The translations under genes and the position numbers were made by a program. DNA of 64,000 nucleotides from Paraspadella gotoi (lineage: Eukaryota; Animalia; Chaetognatha): the NCBI GenBank assembly GCA_051294375.1, contig CM119263.1:18190628-18254627 (forward strand), in the 5' to 3' direction. Position 1 is the stretch's first letter. Each line of letters opens with the position of its first letter. The notes beneath the pieces are model-generated. The model saw only the letters and a program-made list of their open reading frames with translations. It had not been told where the DNA came from and did no database searches. Shown here piece after piece: positions 50,244 to 64,000 of this stretch.

Positions 50244-52756
50244 ACATCATTGATCTCAGACATTAAAGTTTTATTAGGTCCTTTGATCATTAAATTGACG
50301 AGTTCGCTCTCCATCTTCATCAGATTTTTCGTTTCCCTCGCTTTCCGAAATCTAATTTCATTTTTGGCATCTTTTTAGTTTAATTTTTTTTCAGCATATC
50401 TTGAATTGGAATTATATGAATTTTATGAATCTTAAGGATTTTCATATTATTTTATGACTCGTGATCCAGTAAATATGTAGGTTTACTTTTTACCTCATTA
50501 AGTTAATCCTCCCTAATTCGAAGATTTTCTCAAATTGACATACCTCTCGTCCTTTATTTTAAAAGTCCGACTCCATCCTTTTCTTCGTCCTCATTTTTAC
50601 TTCATTTTTGCTTCACTTTTGCTTCATCCTCTCAAAGCTAAACGCTTCATTTTTTTCTCGTTTTCCAATATCCCGTTTTATGATCCATAATTAAACATTC
50701 CTCGAGCTCATATTTCAAAACATTTTAAGTCCTTGAAAATCTTATGAGGATGCCGACTAAATAAAGAGAAAATTTTATACATATTACACACATAACATAC
50801 AGAACGGGGGAAAAGCCTTGAAGTAACCAGGCGAAAAGTTGCAGTTTTAATTTTATACAAAAAATATTGCGTCAGACAGTCCAAGAGAACTTTCTAAAAA
50901 TACCCCGAGTACTGACTACTGTGTTTGGTTCCATGTTTATTTTGATGCCCTTTTGACTTGCGAGAGAAACGAAGGGAAAACTAAGTCCCCGACTCTCGAC
51001 GTAATCAAGGACAAAAACGACGACGACGACGACGACGACGACATCGGAAATCGATTCTCTTCCGACTTAACCCAAGATTTTTCCTTTCGAGGGCGATTGT
51101 CATTCCCCCCTATTGATTCTCTCGTCACCTTTTCTCAATGTCACAAAGAACAAAGTATATCTCTTACTTATGTTGTTTTTATCGACCGAAGTTGATATCG
51201 TTTTCACTTGAATTCGTTTCGTTTCTCCGAGGAAAACCTTTTTTCCCCCTGGGACGAGATGTTCTTTTGTCCCAATTCGATTTGAGTCCTTTCTCATTGC
51301 TGCCATTCGAAATGGAACAATGATAAACGTTGTCGTTGTTGTAGTCGTTTTCTTTTTTAGCCACTGATGGAAGACAGGAAACAAAAAGATGGAAAGAAAA
51401 AGAAAAAATATTTTTTGAAAGAATAAAGAGAAAAAAAATCTCTCTTTTTTTTTTTTTGCATCGAATGAAAGAAAATACTTGACCGCGAGAAAGAGAAGCA
51501 GAAATGATAGGAAAAAAATGATGGAAAAAACATTTAGTCTCGAAAAAATCGAAGCAATTTTCAGAGAGAAAATTAATTTCACGTTGACGACGACATCGGA
51601 AAAATGAAGGAAGAAAGATAAAGAGATGGAAAGAAAAAAAAAAGAAGCAAAAGATAGGTCGATGACTTTTTAACCCCGCTAGTTCCTGTGGACTGACAAA
51701 AAAGAAAGAAATTTAAAAAGACGAAAGAAATCATTAAAGTTGTGGAAAACGGAAAACAGGAAAAAAAAAAAGCAAACGTGAAGCGAGAATATGTTGAAAA
51801 AAAAAAAGAGCGAAACATCAGGAAAGCGATTTGCATAAATCCTTCAACGAAAGCATCTTTCATCTTCGTCGAAATGCAAAAAAAAAAGTGAAAAAATAAA
51901 GAATAAGAAGTGATCCGTTAAGGGTTGTGCACTGTACATTGTGCACTTTGCACTGTGCACTGCTCGGTTCAACTGTCCTTGAAAATTGAATATCCAAAGT
52001 CAAAGTATTTTTCTGTCCTGAAAATCGCAATGAACATCAATCTTAATTTGTCTTCTTCTGAGTTGACCAAAAAGAAAAAATCAAAACTTTTTTCAATCAA
52101 ATAGAACCAGTTATTGAAATAGTCATACAGTATAAAAATTCTAATGTAATACTAAACGATGCAATTCCCCAAAAATCGAAGCACCCGTCAAAAGAAAAAG
52201 GAAATACAGCAAGCGGAATTATCGGAGACATGAATCATTCATAGAATTCTCGTCGAAGTCTCGGCTTTTCTGAGAAAAGCGTTATCCTTATTTTTTATCA
52301 TTTCCCTCATGTAATTCTCTCTCTCGTCGTCCTCCCCTAATGCAAAGCTCCTCTGTCCAATCACCTTCTTCATCCTATTCATCTTCTGCTTTTTCTTTCC
52401 TTTTATTCTCGCCTTGATGATTGTTCACATTGTGATCTTCACAATCGTTGTCTCTCCTTCCTCTTTTCTGTGATTACGACCTTTTTCTTCGCGCTTCTTT
52501 ATCTTTTTTCTTCGTGACAACAGTTTTTGACAAACGAAATAAGTTATGTCGATTTCAACATTGGAAGTTTCGAGATTTATATAAAAGGGATTAATTCAAA
52601 TAACGTTTCCTCTCTTCTGGCTATTTTTAGATTTTTTGAAATAAAAAAACGATGCAATCGTTTTAATTGGTTAAAGTTAAAAAATGTGACATATATTATA
52701 CAAAGGAATCAAGACTCAAAAACCCTTTTTTTCTTTCAACTTTCTTAAGATGAATT

Positions 52757-52827
<71 letters not shown>

Positions 52828-55486
52828 GCCCTTTCCATTCTCCCCTTTTTCTCACTTCTTTTTCTTTTTCAATTCCCCCTTTGACCAGCTAATGGCGGTG
52901 ATTCCTGTTCAGGAGGCAAGCTTTCAAATTCCGCGCCCAAACGCATAAATCTTCACCTCTTTCCGCTGGGGGTCGGTTGTGGGGTTGGGCGGGGCCGGCT
53001 GAGGTTTGGAAAAGGGACGAAGCAAAGAATCACGTACGACGGGGACAAAGCAGCTTAGCCAAAGAGACGCCAAAGGAATCAAAAGGAAAAAAGAAATAAG
53101 ATTTGGTTTAATAGTCGAGGGATGAAAACAAAATCGCTAACATGTTAATCCTAAGCGTGAAACGGATATTTAAGAGGAAATGTTAAAATGTGTAAAACTG
53201 TTGATGAACCTAATGATTGAATTAGTAGTATATTAGTATTATGGAATAGAAGGGGTCGCCGTGAGTTGTAAACAAGCAAAGAGCGAGGAAGCGATCGCCA
53301 AAGGGTTAATCGTTGAAGGTCGAAATTTTCTCCGCGTTTTTGATAAGAGAATTTAGGACTCCCTGCCCCTGGTAAAAAGTATAGAAGTGAGACGAGGGAT
53401 CAAAGCTCGAAGAAGTTATGGCAAAAGGGGGCAGCAAAGAGCGACGCATTGTAATAAAGAACCGAGGCCTGATACAGGCCGTAAATAGGATGACCTCTTT
53501 CAGGAAGGATACAGATTGATGTCGATCGTAAAATGATCCCTTCCTTCCCTTAAAATGACCCCTTCCTCCCCTTAAAAACGCAAGCGATATTTTCAAATTA
53601 TATAAACCATCTGAACTACTGGATTAGAATATGGTTTGCTATCTAATTGTTTTCCCAAAAATTATGTGAACGGTTAACCCACTATAAGAGCTTCGTACGG
53701 TGGATGACGGCCCTGTTAACCAGCTTGAATAACTTTAACCCCGGTCGAAAAAATCTGCTAACAGCCAAGGAAGTTTCTTTTTGCTTCCATCCTTTCCCCC
53801 TTCAGTTTCAACTTTCACTGTCTCATAAAAAATTCAGACGTTCCGCGAACTTCGTTTGTATATTTTGAGAGTCTCGTCTACCAAAAAAAAAAAGGTAAAA
53901 ATTGTCACCGCTTTTGAAAGCTTTAAAACGTTTAGTGAGCTGTAAAGTAATTTATCACCTCAGTTCCAACCCACTCTCGTTTGTCTGGAAAATTATTCAC
54001 GAGACGAGTCGCCGGTGAGAAGTTTCATTTATAATGAATTGCGCTAAATGTTTTTTTAAAATGTACGATGGCTCATATACGAAACGTGCTCTCATTACTA
54101 AAGCTCATTAAAAGAAGGCGAGGAATTAAAGACGATTCGCCCGGCGGGGAAAGTCGTAGGCCCGAAAATGGGAAGAGTAATGAAGAAAAAAAAAAAACAC
54201 GAAAAAAGAGAAGAAAAAGGTGGGACATTTCGATTCAAAAAGGAAAGGTTCTGAAAATACTTATTAATCTTACAAGTCGTACTTAGAAATAAAGCAATTA
54301 AGAAGCCAACGAAACGTTAAGTTGGCGATGTGGAGACGGTTATGTAACTTAAAATAACTGATTGTATACCTTTGATTAAGTCACTCGATCAACAAGATTA
54401 TCTGTATAAACAGTCGCGATAGTCACGTTTCGAGCAGCGCCACACTTTGTTATATCCTTCAATGGAATATCGACGTTGTTGAGGGCGCCGGCGGAATGAC
54501 CGGAATCATTGCGATTTGTTGCTTCGGGTTCTTTTACACTACTACCACAACACCATCTCACTTCATCCAGCGCCACTTAACTCCCCACCTCAACCCAAAT
54601 CTTCCACCCTGTCCCATGTCCACCTCTCGAACGCCTCTTTTTCTGCTCCGTAAAACGCCTTAATTTCTTTCTGCCCCGGAAGTACGCGACAAGTTATATT
54701 GTCTGGTCTGATCTTTTTTTTTTTTTCTTTTCTTTTTTTTTCCCTTTTTTTCTTTTTTTCCTTGTTTTATTTTATTTTTTTTTCTTTTCTTATTTTCTTT
54801 TCTTTTCTAATTTTCTTTTCTTTTATTCTATTCCTCTCCTATCCTTTCTGATCCATCTATTCTCACTTTTTTCTACTTTTTTCAATTTTTTCTTTATTCC
54901 TTCACGGATCTACATAGTCGTTTTTCATATTTAATTATTAAAAAAAAATATTACGACTTCTACTAGGGACACGTTTGAGAAATTGTTATTTCCTTCGCAA
55001 TATTTGAATACTTTTTATTTAAAAAAGAAAAACCCTTCCATTCTTCCCATGATGCATTGCCACATTTTCAACTGCTTTTCAGTTCCCGCCATTTTTCAAC
55101 TTTTTTCTTCCTCCGTTTATTTTCCTTTTTTTTTCAGTCTTTTCTCTTTCGTTATTTTTCATGGGCGGGGTTCTCGGCTTGTTGAGTTTCTCCTCGCCTC
55201 GCTGGCCTTATCTTCGTCGTTGAGGAATGTGGCGCGAAAACGCCGCAATATTTCCGAGATATTAGATACTTTTTTATTATTTTTCCCCCTTTGGCTTTGC
55301 TCCTGGATGTTCTTTAATTTATGATTGTTGGAAAAACCTTTCTCGGGATTATTCTTGTATACGCTTAAATATGTATAGCTACCTAAATATTTAATTTCTA
55401 CTATTTCTTCACCCAATAATTCGATTTAAAACAGCCAGTAAATCAGTCAGTTAATCTTTAATAATAATTTTCGATCTTTTTTGTAG

Positions 55487-55614
55487 GAAAACCACTGCAT
55501 GAGAATAAAGATTCTTGGAGATTGCTATTACTGCGTCTCTGGCCTTCCGGAACCAAGGGCGGACCACGCGCAGAGATGCGTCGAGATGGGGTTGGCTATG
55601 ATCAGCACCATCAG
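55487..55614 (+). CDS. ADCY8: ADCY8-like exon, C1a ([28 protein letters not shown]...)
   Basis: Contains the second metal-binding Asp; tgtag and ag|GTCAGA. Confidence 0.98.
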
Positions 55615-55702
<88 letters not shown>

Positions 55703-56865
55703 TCGAGAGTGATGGTTTCCATATTCTTGTAAAAGTAAAATTATAATCAAAGCTAAAATAAAATATACAAATAAATAAATAATAAGCTAAAATAAAGAAA
55801 TAGTAATAATAAATTTATAAAAGAACAATCCAAATGTCACTTAATGAAAGTTGCTTAATTCATCGACGAAGGCAAATAGAACTTCCGAGAGTCGACTTAA
55901 AAAGAAAATCAAAAGGAATAAAAAATAACGATAAAAATAAAAAGCCGCGTAAAAAAAAGGGAATTATTCTATGATTGACGTCCACGAATCATTTTATCTT
56001 CACCTCTGCTCTCGATCTTTAACCTCTTCTTTTCTCCTCCTTCTCTCTTTATTTCTTCTTTCCTTTCAAATTCGAATCTTTATCTCATCTATCTTCCTTC
56101 TTTTCTTTTTTTCTTTGATCTTTCCTCTCTATTCTTTTTTATTTTTTTTATCCTCTATCGGTTCTTCTGTCTCGATGGACGGAGTCAATCGTTTTTTTTT
56201 TTAGCCGATGCTTCGTTCAGAAAAAAAAAACATTTCGCTAAGCGAGAAATTTTCTTACAAAAGAATAAATATATTTTTCCCACAATAAAAGCGAACTAAA
56301 AATAATTTATTTTCCTGTCATCAATATCAATTCGTACTAAATTTAAAATGTACAGTATATTCATTTCTTATACTAAAACAACAGAATGAATAAGGAATTT
56401 TGAAGGCGAAGCATCATATATTTTTTAAATTTTTTATTCTGATGCTGGGAGTGAGAGTCTGATCTATTACTGAAGTGGGAAGAGGAGGAAGCGCGAAGAG
56501 CCTAGAGTTGTGTGAAGGCGCAATTCTTGCCTTTCAAAATATATCGCTCTTTCTCTTATTATTTTTTCTGTCATTTTGAATATCATTTTGAACTTATAAA
56601 TAGATTTTCCTGGTAAAACATCATCATATTAATAATTAATAATTATTTCCATTTAAAAATAATACCCTCATGTCACTATTCTGGGAAGTTAGACAAGTTT
56701 GAATGTGACGAATTCATTAGGAGTTATGGAAATTCGTAATTAATTTGATTATAATTCCAGCGAAACAAAATTTAATTTCAGATATATTGGCAGATAAATT
56801 GCCTTTCGCCCTGCTACTCCGATCTCGTCAATCAGCTCCCCCTTTCCCGCCCCCCCTCTTTCCAG

Positions 56866-57027
56866 GCTGATCCGGGAGATGGAGCACGTTCCCGAGCTGG
56901 GCATGCGGATCGGCGTCCACACGGGAAGCGTGCTCTGCGGAGTCTTGGGTCAACAAAAGTGGCAGTTCGACGTCTGGAGCGACGACGTCACGGTCGCCAA
57001 CTTGCTCGAAGCGTCGGGAATGCCGGG
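56866..57027 (+). CDS. ADCY8: ADCY8-like exon, C1a ([41 protein letters not shown])
   Basis: Class III cyclase signature; tccag and gg|GTGAGG. Confidence 0.98.
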
Positions 57028-57179
57028 GTGAGGAAAATGTGGATGGGTTGGAACTTACCGAAATGAATATTTGGGCGGATAGGTTTCTAAAATATTCTTA
57101 AACCTGTAAGAATTTACTTGTGGTAGTACGTAGCAAAGCGAAGTGAGCAATTGTCCTAATTTCTCATTGTTCCGCGCAG

Positions 57180-57324
57180 TCAAGTGCACATCTCTCGCGC
57201 GACGATGGATCAAATCTCGGACGCCTTCGAAGTGGAGCCGGCCCAGGGGGAGACGAGGAGCAAATTCCTCAAGGAGCGAGGAATCGATACGTTCTTTATC
57301 AAGCAGGAGCATCACGGAGGGAAG
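57180..57324 (+). CDS. ADCY8: ADCY8-like exon, end of C1a (QVHISRATM...FLKERGIDTFFIKQ)
   Basis: Conserved VHIS and TFFI motifs; cgcag and aag|GTGAGG. Confidence 0.97.
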
Positions 57325-58257
57325 GTGAGGCGCTGGGGTCAGGTGGGTGTTGAGTAGAGTGACATTAGGGTCGCGGGATCATGGTTAAGCAGACGATCCT
57401 AACATTGTTTGGATCGTTGACTGGCTGATTTCGATTGCGAAGAGGACAGAAAGATTAGAGCGAAAAGACAAGTGTATAAAATAAACATTTTATATATTTG
57501 ACTTTGTCTCAAAAAAATTGAGTAGATCCGATCGATTCCAACGGTTCTCCAGTCATCCAACATCCGGGGATCAAAGAGATCACGAGGTCGACCGGTCAAA
57601 AGGTCGAGATCCCCGAAGACCGAAACGGAATATGAGGCTCGAAGCCGAAAGAAAATTGCGGAGGGAAAAGAAAAGGAAACGCGAGGCCAAGCGATTGAGA
57701 AGGGGGGGATAGCGAGGGGGCGGGGCGGAAGCCGTTATTACGGGGGAAAAGATAGAAAAGGTCATATCGCCGAGAATACAAATGGCGAGCGAGGACCGGA
57801 AGAAGAGAGGGAGAAGTCGTTTTGAAGAGTGGAGGATGACGAGGAGCTAATGTGGCCAGGAATATACACTTAATTTCTTTATCAATGTTACTATACTTGG
57901 TATGACAATATAGATTTGATAAATGGATATTAATGGATACGAAAAGAAAGCGGTAGAGATCGGTAATATCATAGTGTACATACCTCAGAAGCACGATTTT
58001 TCATTTTTCATTTTCTCATAGAATGGACTTCAATGTGATAAAAAAAAAATCAATGTCATAAGAAAAAAATTTTAAAAAACTTAAACTTTTTTTAGAGTGA
58101 TTCGTCGACCTGGGAAGAAAAACTTTTAAAAAACTTTGAAAAAATTCTAAGTCGATCTGGCGAGATGACCCCATATCAAACACTTGTTAATCATAAAAAA
58201 AAAAACAATATAAACCTAAATTAACTTCTAAAAACAATGCGCAATCATTCGAATCAG

Positions 58258-58371
58258 GCGCTGCTCAAACAGCAATCCTCGGCTTCGCTTCATCTCGAGG
58301 TTCCCCTCTTTCGCTACAACTTCGAGGAAGACGACGACGATTTCGACGTTCAGGTCGACGAACCACCAAAG
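58258..58371 (+). CDS. ADCY8: ADCY8-like exon, C1b (ALLKQQSSASLHLEVPLFRYNFEEDDDDFDVQVDEPPK)
   Basis: Strong aag|GTAAGT donor, phase 0/0. The acceptor (aatcag) is weak, so the 5' boundary is uncertain. Confidence 0.65.
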
Positions 58372-59066
58372 GTAAGTTCCACCTTTCTTTCTCTTTCTAT
58401 TCTCCTTACCCCTTTTATTTTTTTCTTTTCGCGTTTCCGTTTCTTTGCTGGTTTTCTTTCCTCCTTTTCTTTCTTACTTTCCTTTCCCCTTTTCTCCCCC
58501 TGTAGTTTTTTTTTCTTGGCTCTAGTGTCGCAGCGAGGCACCATCAATCTCGCGTCTAAATTTAGTCTCCTGTTTTCCATTTTCCATTGTTTTTCCCGCG
58601 GAGAGGCGTCGTTGCTGAGGAGAGGAACTCGACAGTAACCAGAAAAGATGGTGGAAGGCGGGACGGGTTTCAATTTTCATCGAGGTGGCCATTTGTTTTT
58701 TTCTTTTCGGGTTTTCGGGGTCAGAATTTTAGCTTCTTTGCCTTTGGGTTAAAGCAAATAGTAAAAAGAAATTGGTCGGAAAGTTTGTTGCTTAGTTTTT
58801 TTTCGCTCTTCTTATGAAATCAGGCGAAATCATCTGACTTCTTGACTTCTTGTTTTACGTCTGAAGGAGCATCTTCGTTTTCCAGTCTCACTCTAACTCT
58901 TTCTCGTTTGCTGACTCATGCGTTGTTTCTTTGCCAAACGAAAACGGAAACTCACTCCCCATGAAATAAAAAAATATTAGGAAAAAATTTAAGCTAAGAA
59001 AAATGTTTTTATAGCAGCCAATAACATTATCACTCTCAGAAGAGTGCCAAAGTTACGCAAAATAAG

Positions 59067-59138
59067 CTCCCATGCGGGGAATCGAACCCCGGCCGTGGCG
59101 GTGAAAGCGCCAAATCCTAACCACTAGACCACATGGGA
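59067..59138 (-). tRNA. tRNA-Glu (TTC), intronic and antisense to the cyclase gene
   Basis: Minus strand TCCCATGTGGTCTAGTGGTTAGGATTTGGCGCTTTCACCGCCACGGCCGGGGTTCGATTCCCCGCATGGGAG forms an intact cloverleaf with A and B boxes, followed by a TTTT terminator. Confidence 0.97.
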
Positions 59139-59257
59139 TGATGTTTTTCTCCGGTATTAATTTTTTGACTAAACCTATTCTTATCTCCCTCCACCTCCCC
59201 TTTCCCTTTCCTCCTTTCCGATCTCCCCTTTCCTCCCATCACTCCTTTCACTCCTAG

Positions 59258-59455
59258 TCTTTCACCCTGGCCAACGGACTCGCCCACTCCCTCCTGCCCC
59301 ACGGTCTGGCCAAAAACACTCACAAGATGAAGATGGAGCAGGAGGTGAACAAGCAGATCCAGAGATTCATCGAAGCCAAGACCAACTTGAGACTCCGAAG
59401 GCAGCATCTCAACACCCTCACCTTGAGGTTCCACGACTCCAGTGTGGAGACTCAG
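59258..59455 (+). CDS. ADCY8: ADCY8-like exon, C1b (EVNKQIQRFIEAKTNLRLRRQHLNTLTLRFHDSSVETQ)
   Basis: Matches by eye the conserved pre-TM7 segment (ADCY8 EINKRIEHTIDLRS...LRREHIKPFSLMFKDSSLE); cctag and cag|GTGAGG. Confidence 0.93.
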
Positions 59456-59524
59456 GTGAGGCGTGGTGAAGAAGTGGGGGTTGGTGAGGGGAAGTATGGT
59501 TGGGATGTGATAGCGAAGAGTTTA

Positions 59525-59596
59525 AAAATTGTGTAAACGATCGAAGGTGATTCGCTTTTCACTAAAACCATAACCTTCGATCGTTTACACAGTTTT
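59525..59596. other. Near-perfect hairpin (19-bp perfect core stem, 24-nt loop)
   Basis: TGTGTAAACGATCGAAGGT (59530-59548) pairs with ACCTTCGATCGTTTACACA (59573-59591). Confidence 0.85.
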
Positions 59597-61714
59597 ACTG
59601 ATCGGTTTTTTTTCGATGAGCTTTGGTGAGTGGGCGAGTGGAGGAAAGGTGAGAGAAAATCGTTAAGAGAAAAGATAAGACGAAAGTAATTGGAAAAAGA
59701 AGAAAGGAAAAGAGGAGGTCGTCAAAACGATTTCCATTTCTCTCCTTATACTATCCGACCAGAGTCTGTGCGACGTGACTCTAGCTTTTCCTATTATATC
59801 TCGAAATAACTGCTAAAAAAAAAAAGAAAAAAAAAGGATATAAAAAACGGTTGATCTTTCGCGCGAGAACTGAGCTTCGGCTTTCGTCGGTCGAGCGCGA
59901 GTGGAAAACTTGTCGGTTTGTTTACTTTCGATCGATTTTGACGCCACCGACGCCACCGCCCATCCCACCGCACCACCGCTATCGTCGCTGCTGCTGCTGC
60001 TGCTGCCGCCGCTCCGCAATATCGCCCTTGCTGCTGAGGCCGCGGCCGCCGCCAGCCGCTTCGACGTGAGGGCCAACGCTCAAGTCCCAAAGATGGTTGA
60101 ATCATCCATTTTCGAAAACCCTGGAGAAATATACATCAGATAAAAAAGTGGGAATAACATCACAAATATTTATTGGATTCGTTGGATCTTTCTGAGTCGG
60201 GAATGTGTTTTTCGCGTTGTCTCCGTGGCGCTTGTTGTCCATATATTCACTAGTACCTATTGAGCATTGAGTATTGAGTATTGTGTGGACCGAGTTCTGG
60301 GCGAAACTCAGTCTTGTATTCGGAATGACTGGAATGAGGGATTTGGCTATTCGATTAGTCTTCCTGTGATAAGATAAGATAAGATTTGTTATTAGCCTTT
60401 CTGAATTTATAATATTATGTATACCCATAATATATGTATAGTTTTTGTATACATAATTTCACAAACAAATTCAGAAAAACGCAAAGATTAAATTAAAATA
60501 TAAATGATAAATATATTTTAATTTAATTGTATGCGTTAATGAAATTTCACGCGCTTTAATAATTAAAAAATACAAGATTTAAAATATAACTACAAATAAA
60601 ATCCAATTAAATGGAAAAAAAAATCGCTGGATGCGACAGTAGAATATATTTTTATAACCAGATCACATCCCGTTGAATAGAATTCGTCACTAGCGTCGCC
60701 TCTCTTTGTATCGTTGACAAAGCGTCGTCGTCGCCAGGAATTTTAATGACGCGAAACCTCGTGGGCGAATGGAATCGTCAGATGGCGCCGAGGGAAAGCG
60801 GAAGTCGTGGGCGGCGGGAGTGACGGTGGGCGTGGCATGGCGTTCGGAAGGGGGGGAAAGAGAGAAGAGTAAACGAGCGGGCGACTAAAGAGGAAAAATG
60901 GCACAACTTGTAAAAATAGATCGGGCGACGGATCGAGAGGAGAGAGAAAGAGTTTCGATTATGAGGGAGTGGATTGTCGTTAAGCTGAAAAGGGTAGGCA
61001 ACGGAGGCGTGGCGGAGCGTGCCTCGAGGTCAAACGAGCGATGGGCGGTGCCCGGTTGATGGGGCATCGGGGGGAAAGGGCGAGGGCATGCGAGCGGAAA
61101 AGAGATTGTGAAGGGGATCGGGGAGAAAGCGCGGGAAGAATGTAGAACAAATCCTCTTCTGCTTTTTCTGCGAACAAAGGAACAAGCGACGTCGCGACTC
61201 GACCCTAAAAGATTCTCAGGGAGAAGTGAGATAACCGAGAAAGGTCAGAGTCGAAAATAAACGTTGAGGATTTGAACGAAAAATTAATGGCACGAAGGTA
61301 ATTGATAATCATAGTGGATAAACGTGACTCGCATGTCAATGACGCGACGATAATAATCATGCGCGGGATTGGCAGATACTGATGTGGTGTTAACTGAATG
61401 GAAATTTGTACTAGTGCAGAAAATGTTTTTACTATTTTTATGCCTCACGGGTCGCGCATTCGAGGCGTCGCCCGTCCGAAAGGTACGAGACGAGAGTTTT
61501 AAATAATTATTATTAATATTATTTATATTTTCATAATCAAAACCCGTATAAGTTTTATTTCAAACGGGACGATGCTTATATGATTCGATATTTTATATTG
61601 AATGAGCACAGTTTGCTATAAGAGTCTAAAAATTAAGTTGACCTTAGAAATACCGGCTCAATCACGAGTAAAAAATCTTAAAAGCATAAGGATCGAGCCT
61701 ACTTTTGATAGATA

Positions 61715-61930
61715 CCAATATTGATGGGATGATTACCAAATATTGATGCGATGATAACCAAATATATTACTTTTGATGCTATGATAATAAAATAACTGAT
61801 GTGATGATAATCAAATGATTGATGCGATGATAGTCATTCATTGATTAGTGATGATATCATTCATTGATATGATCGATAATCATTCCTTGATGATGCGATG
61901 ATAAGTCATTCTCATTGACGCGATGAGTCA
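61715..61930. repeat. Degenerate ATTGATGCGATGATA minisatellite
   Basis: The motif recurs about 8 times with variation. Confidence 0.75.
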
Positions 61931-61972
61931 TTCTATCGTAAACTAAAATACAAACAAATGGCGTGTATGAAT

Positions 61973-62024
<52 letters not shown>

Positions 62025-62614
62025 AGTGAGAGAGGCTTGGTCAGTTTTCACTCTCGTTTATATAAAGTATAATCAGAAGCTGGCCGCCCTGCAGAGCTGA
62101 ACTCGTTTTTTCGACGTATCTGAGTAGGGACGAACTCTTTTCCTTTCCTTTGAATGAAATTTTAGATTGTTCTTTTTTTTTAAGAAGAAACCAGACCGCA
62201 GGTCAAAATTTCATATTTGCATATTTAACTAATTTATAAATATTTATCCCAACTCAAATAATTATTATTTTAAAAAAGAATAAAAATGATTAAATATATA
62301 CACTAAAAAAAATTTACAATTTTTTAAATTGTAAAAATTTATTAGAATAAACAAAAAAAGTAATGTTTAATTTGACAATATCTCTTTCTCAACTCCTATT
62401 TTATGATTATTAATTTGCCAATAGTTTGGGGCCGACCGTCCAAAGTTACAGTAATAAACAAAAACAAAAAAAAATTTTTTTGTTAGAAAGTTATATTTAT
62501 GTAATTAAATTAATCCGCGCAATTGCCGGACATATAGCAGCTATATGTACAGCAGCAAGCTGATGTACATGTGACATTGCCTGCAATTATAAGTTATTTT
62601 TCCTTTTTTCTAAA

Positions 62615-63820
<1,206 letters not shown>

Positions 63821-64000
63821 AAAAAATATATATAAATTAAAAAAATAAATAAAGGAAAGGCAAAAAATGTTACAATGGTTTACAATTGGAAAACTTTTCC
63901 AATTTTTTCCAATCGCAGCTTGTAAAAGATTTTTATTTTTATTTGTATTAAAATTAAGATATAGCTCTCATTAAAAAAAATCCTTTGAGTTCCATTTTTA

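Overview
Eukaryotic, most likely invertebrate animal, genomic DNA. It is AT-rich, saturated with (GA/CT)n and (GAC)n microsatellites, and has many N gaps and indel-noisy stretches that suggest long-read gap filling. Most entries in the ORF track are microsatellite or N read-through, not genes. Real content: (1) a + strand, multi-exon transmembrane adenylyl cyclase most like ADCY8. 17 phase-compatible GT-AG exons were traced from 25917 to 59455, covering the N-terminus, the first membrane cluster and C1; the rest lies beyond the window. (2) An intronic antisense tRNA-Glu(TTC). (3) The most interesting element, a 656-bp miniature non-autonomous LTR retrotransposon (35194-35849: LTR-PBS-PPT-LTR, 4-bp TSD) whose LTRs each embed a tRNA-derived cassette, plus a solo LTR at 47345-47578 with its own 4-bp TSD. 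(4) A ~15.8-kb inverted duplication at the window start, probably an assembly or haplotype artefact. Its left arm alone carries a ~770-bp Penelope-like insertion with inverted ends and two minimal hammerhead motifs. (5) hAT-type and Tc1/mariner-type MITEs, intronic hairpins and assorted tandem repeats.
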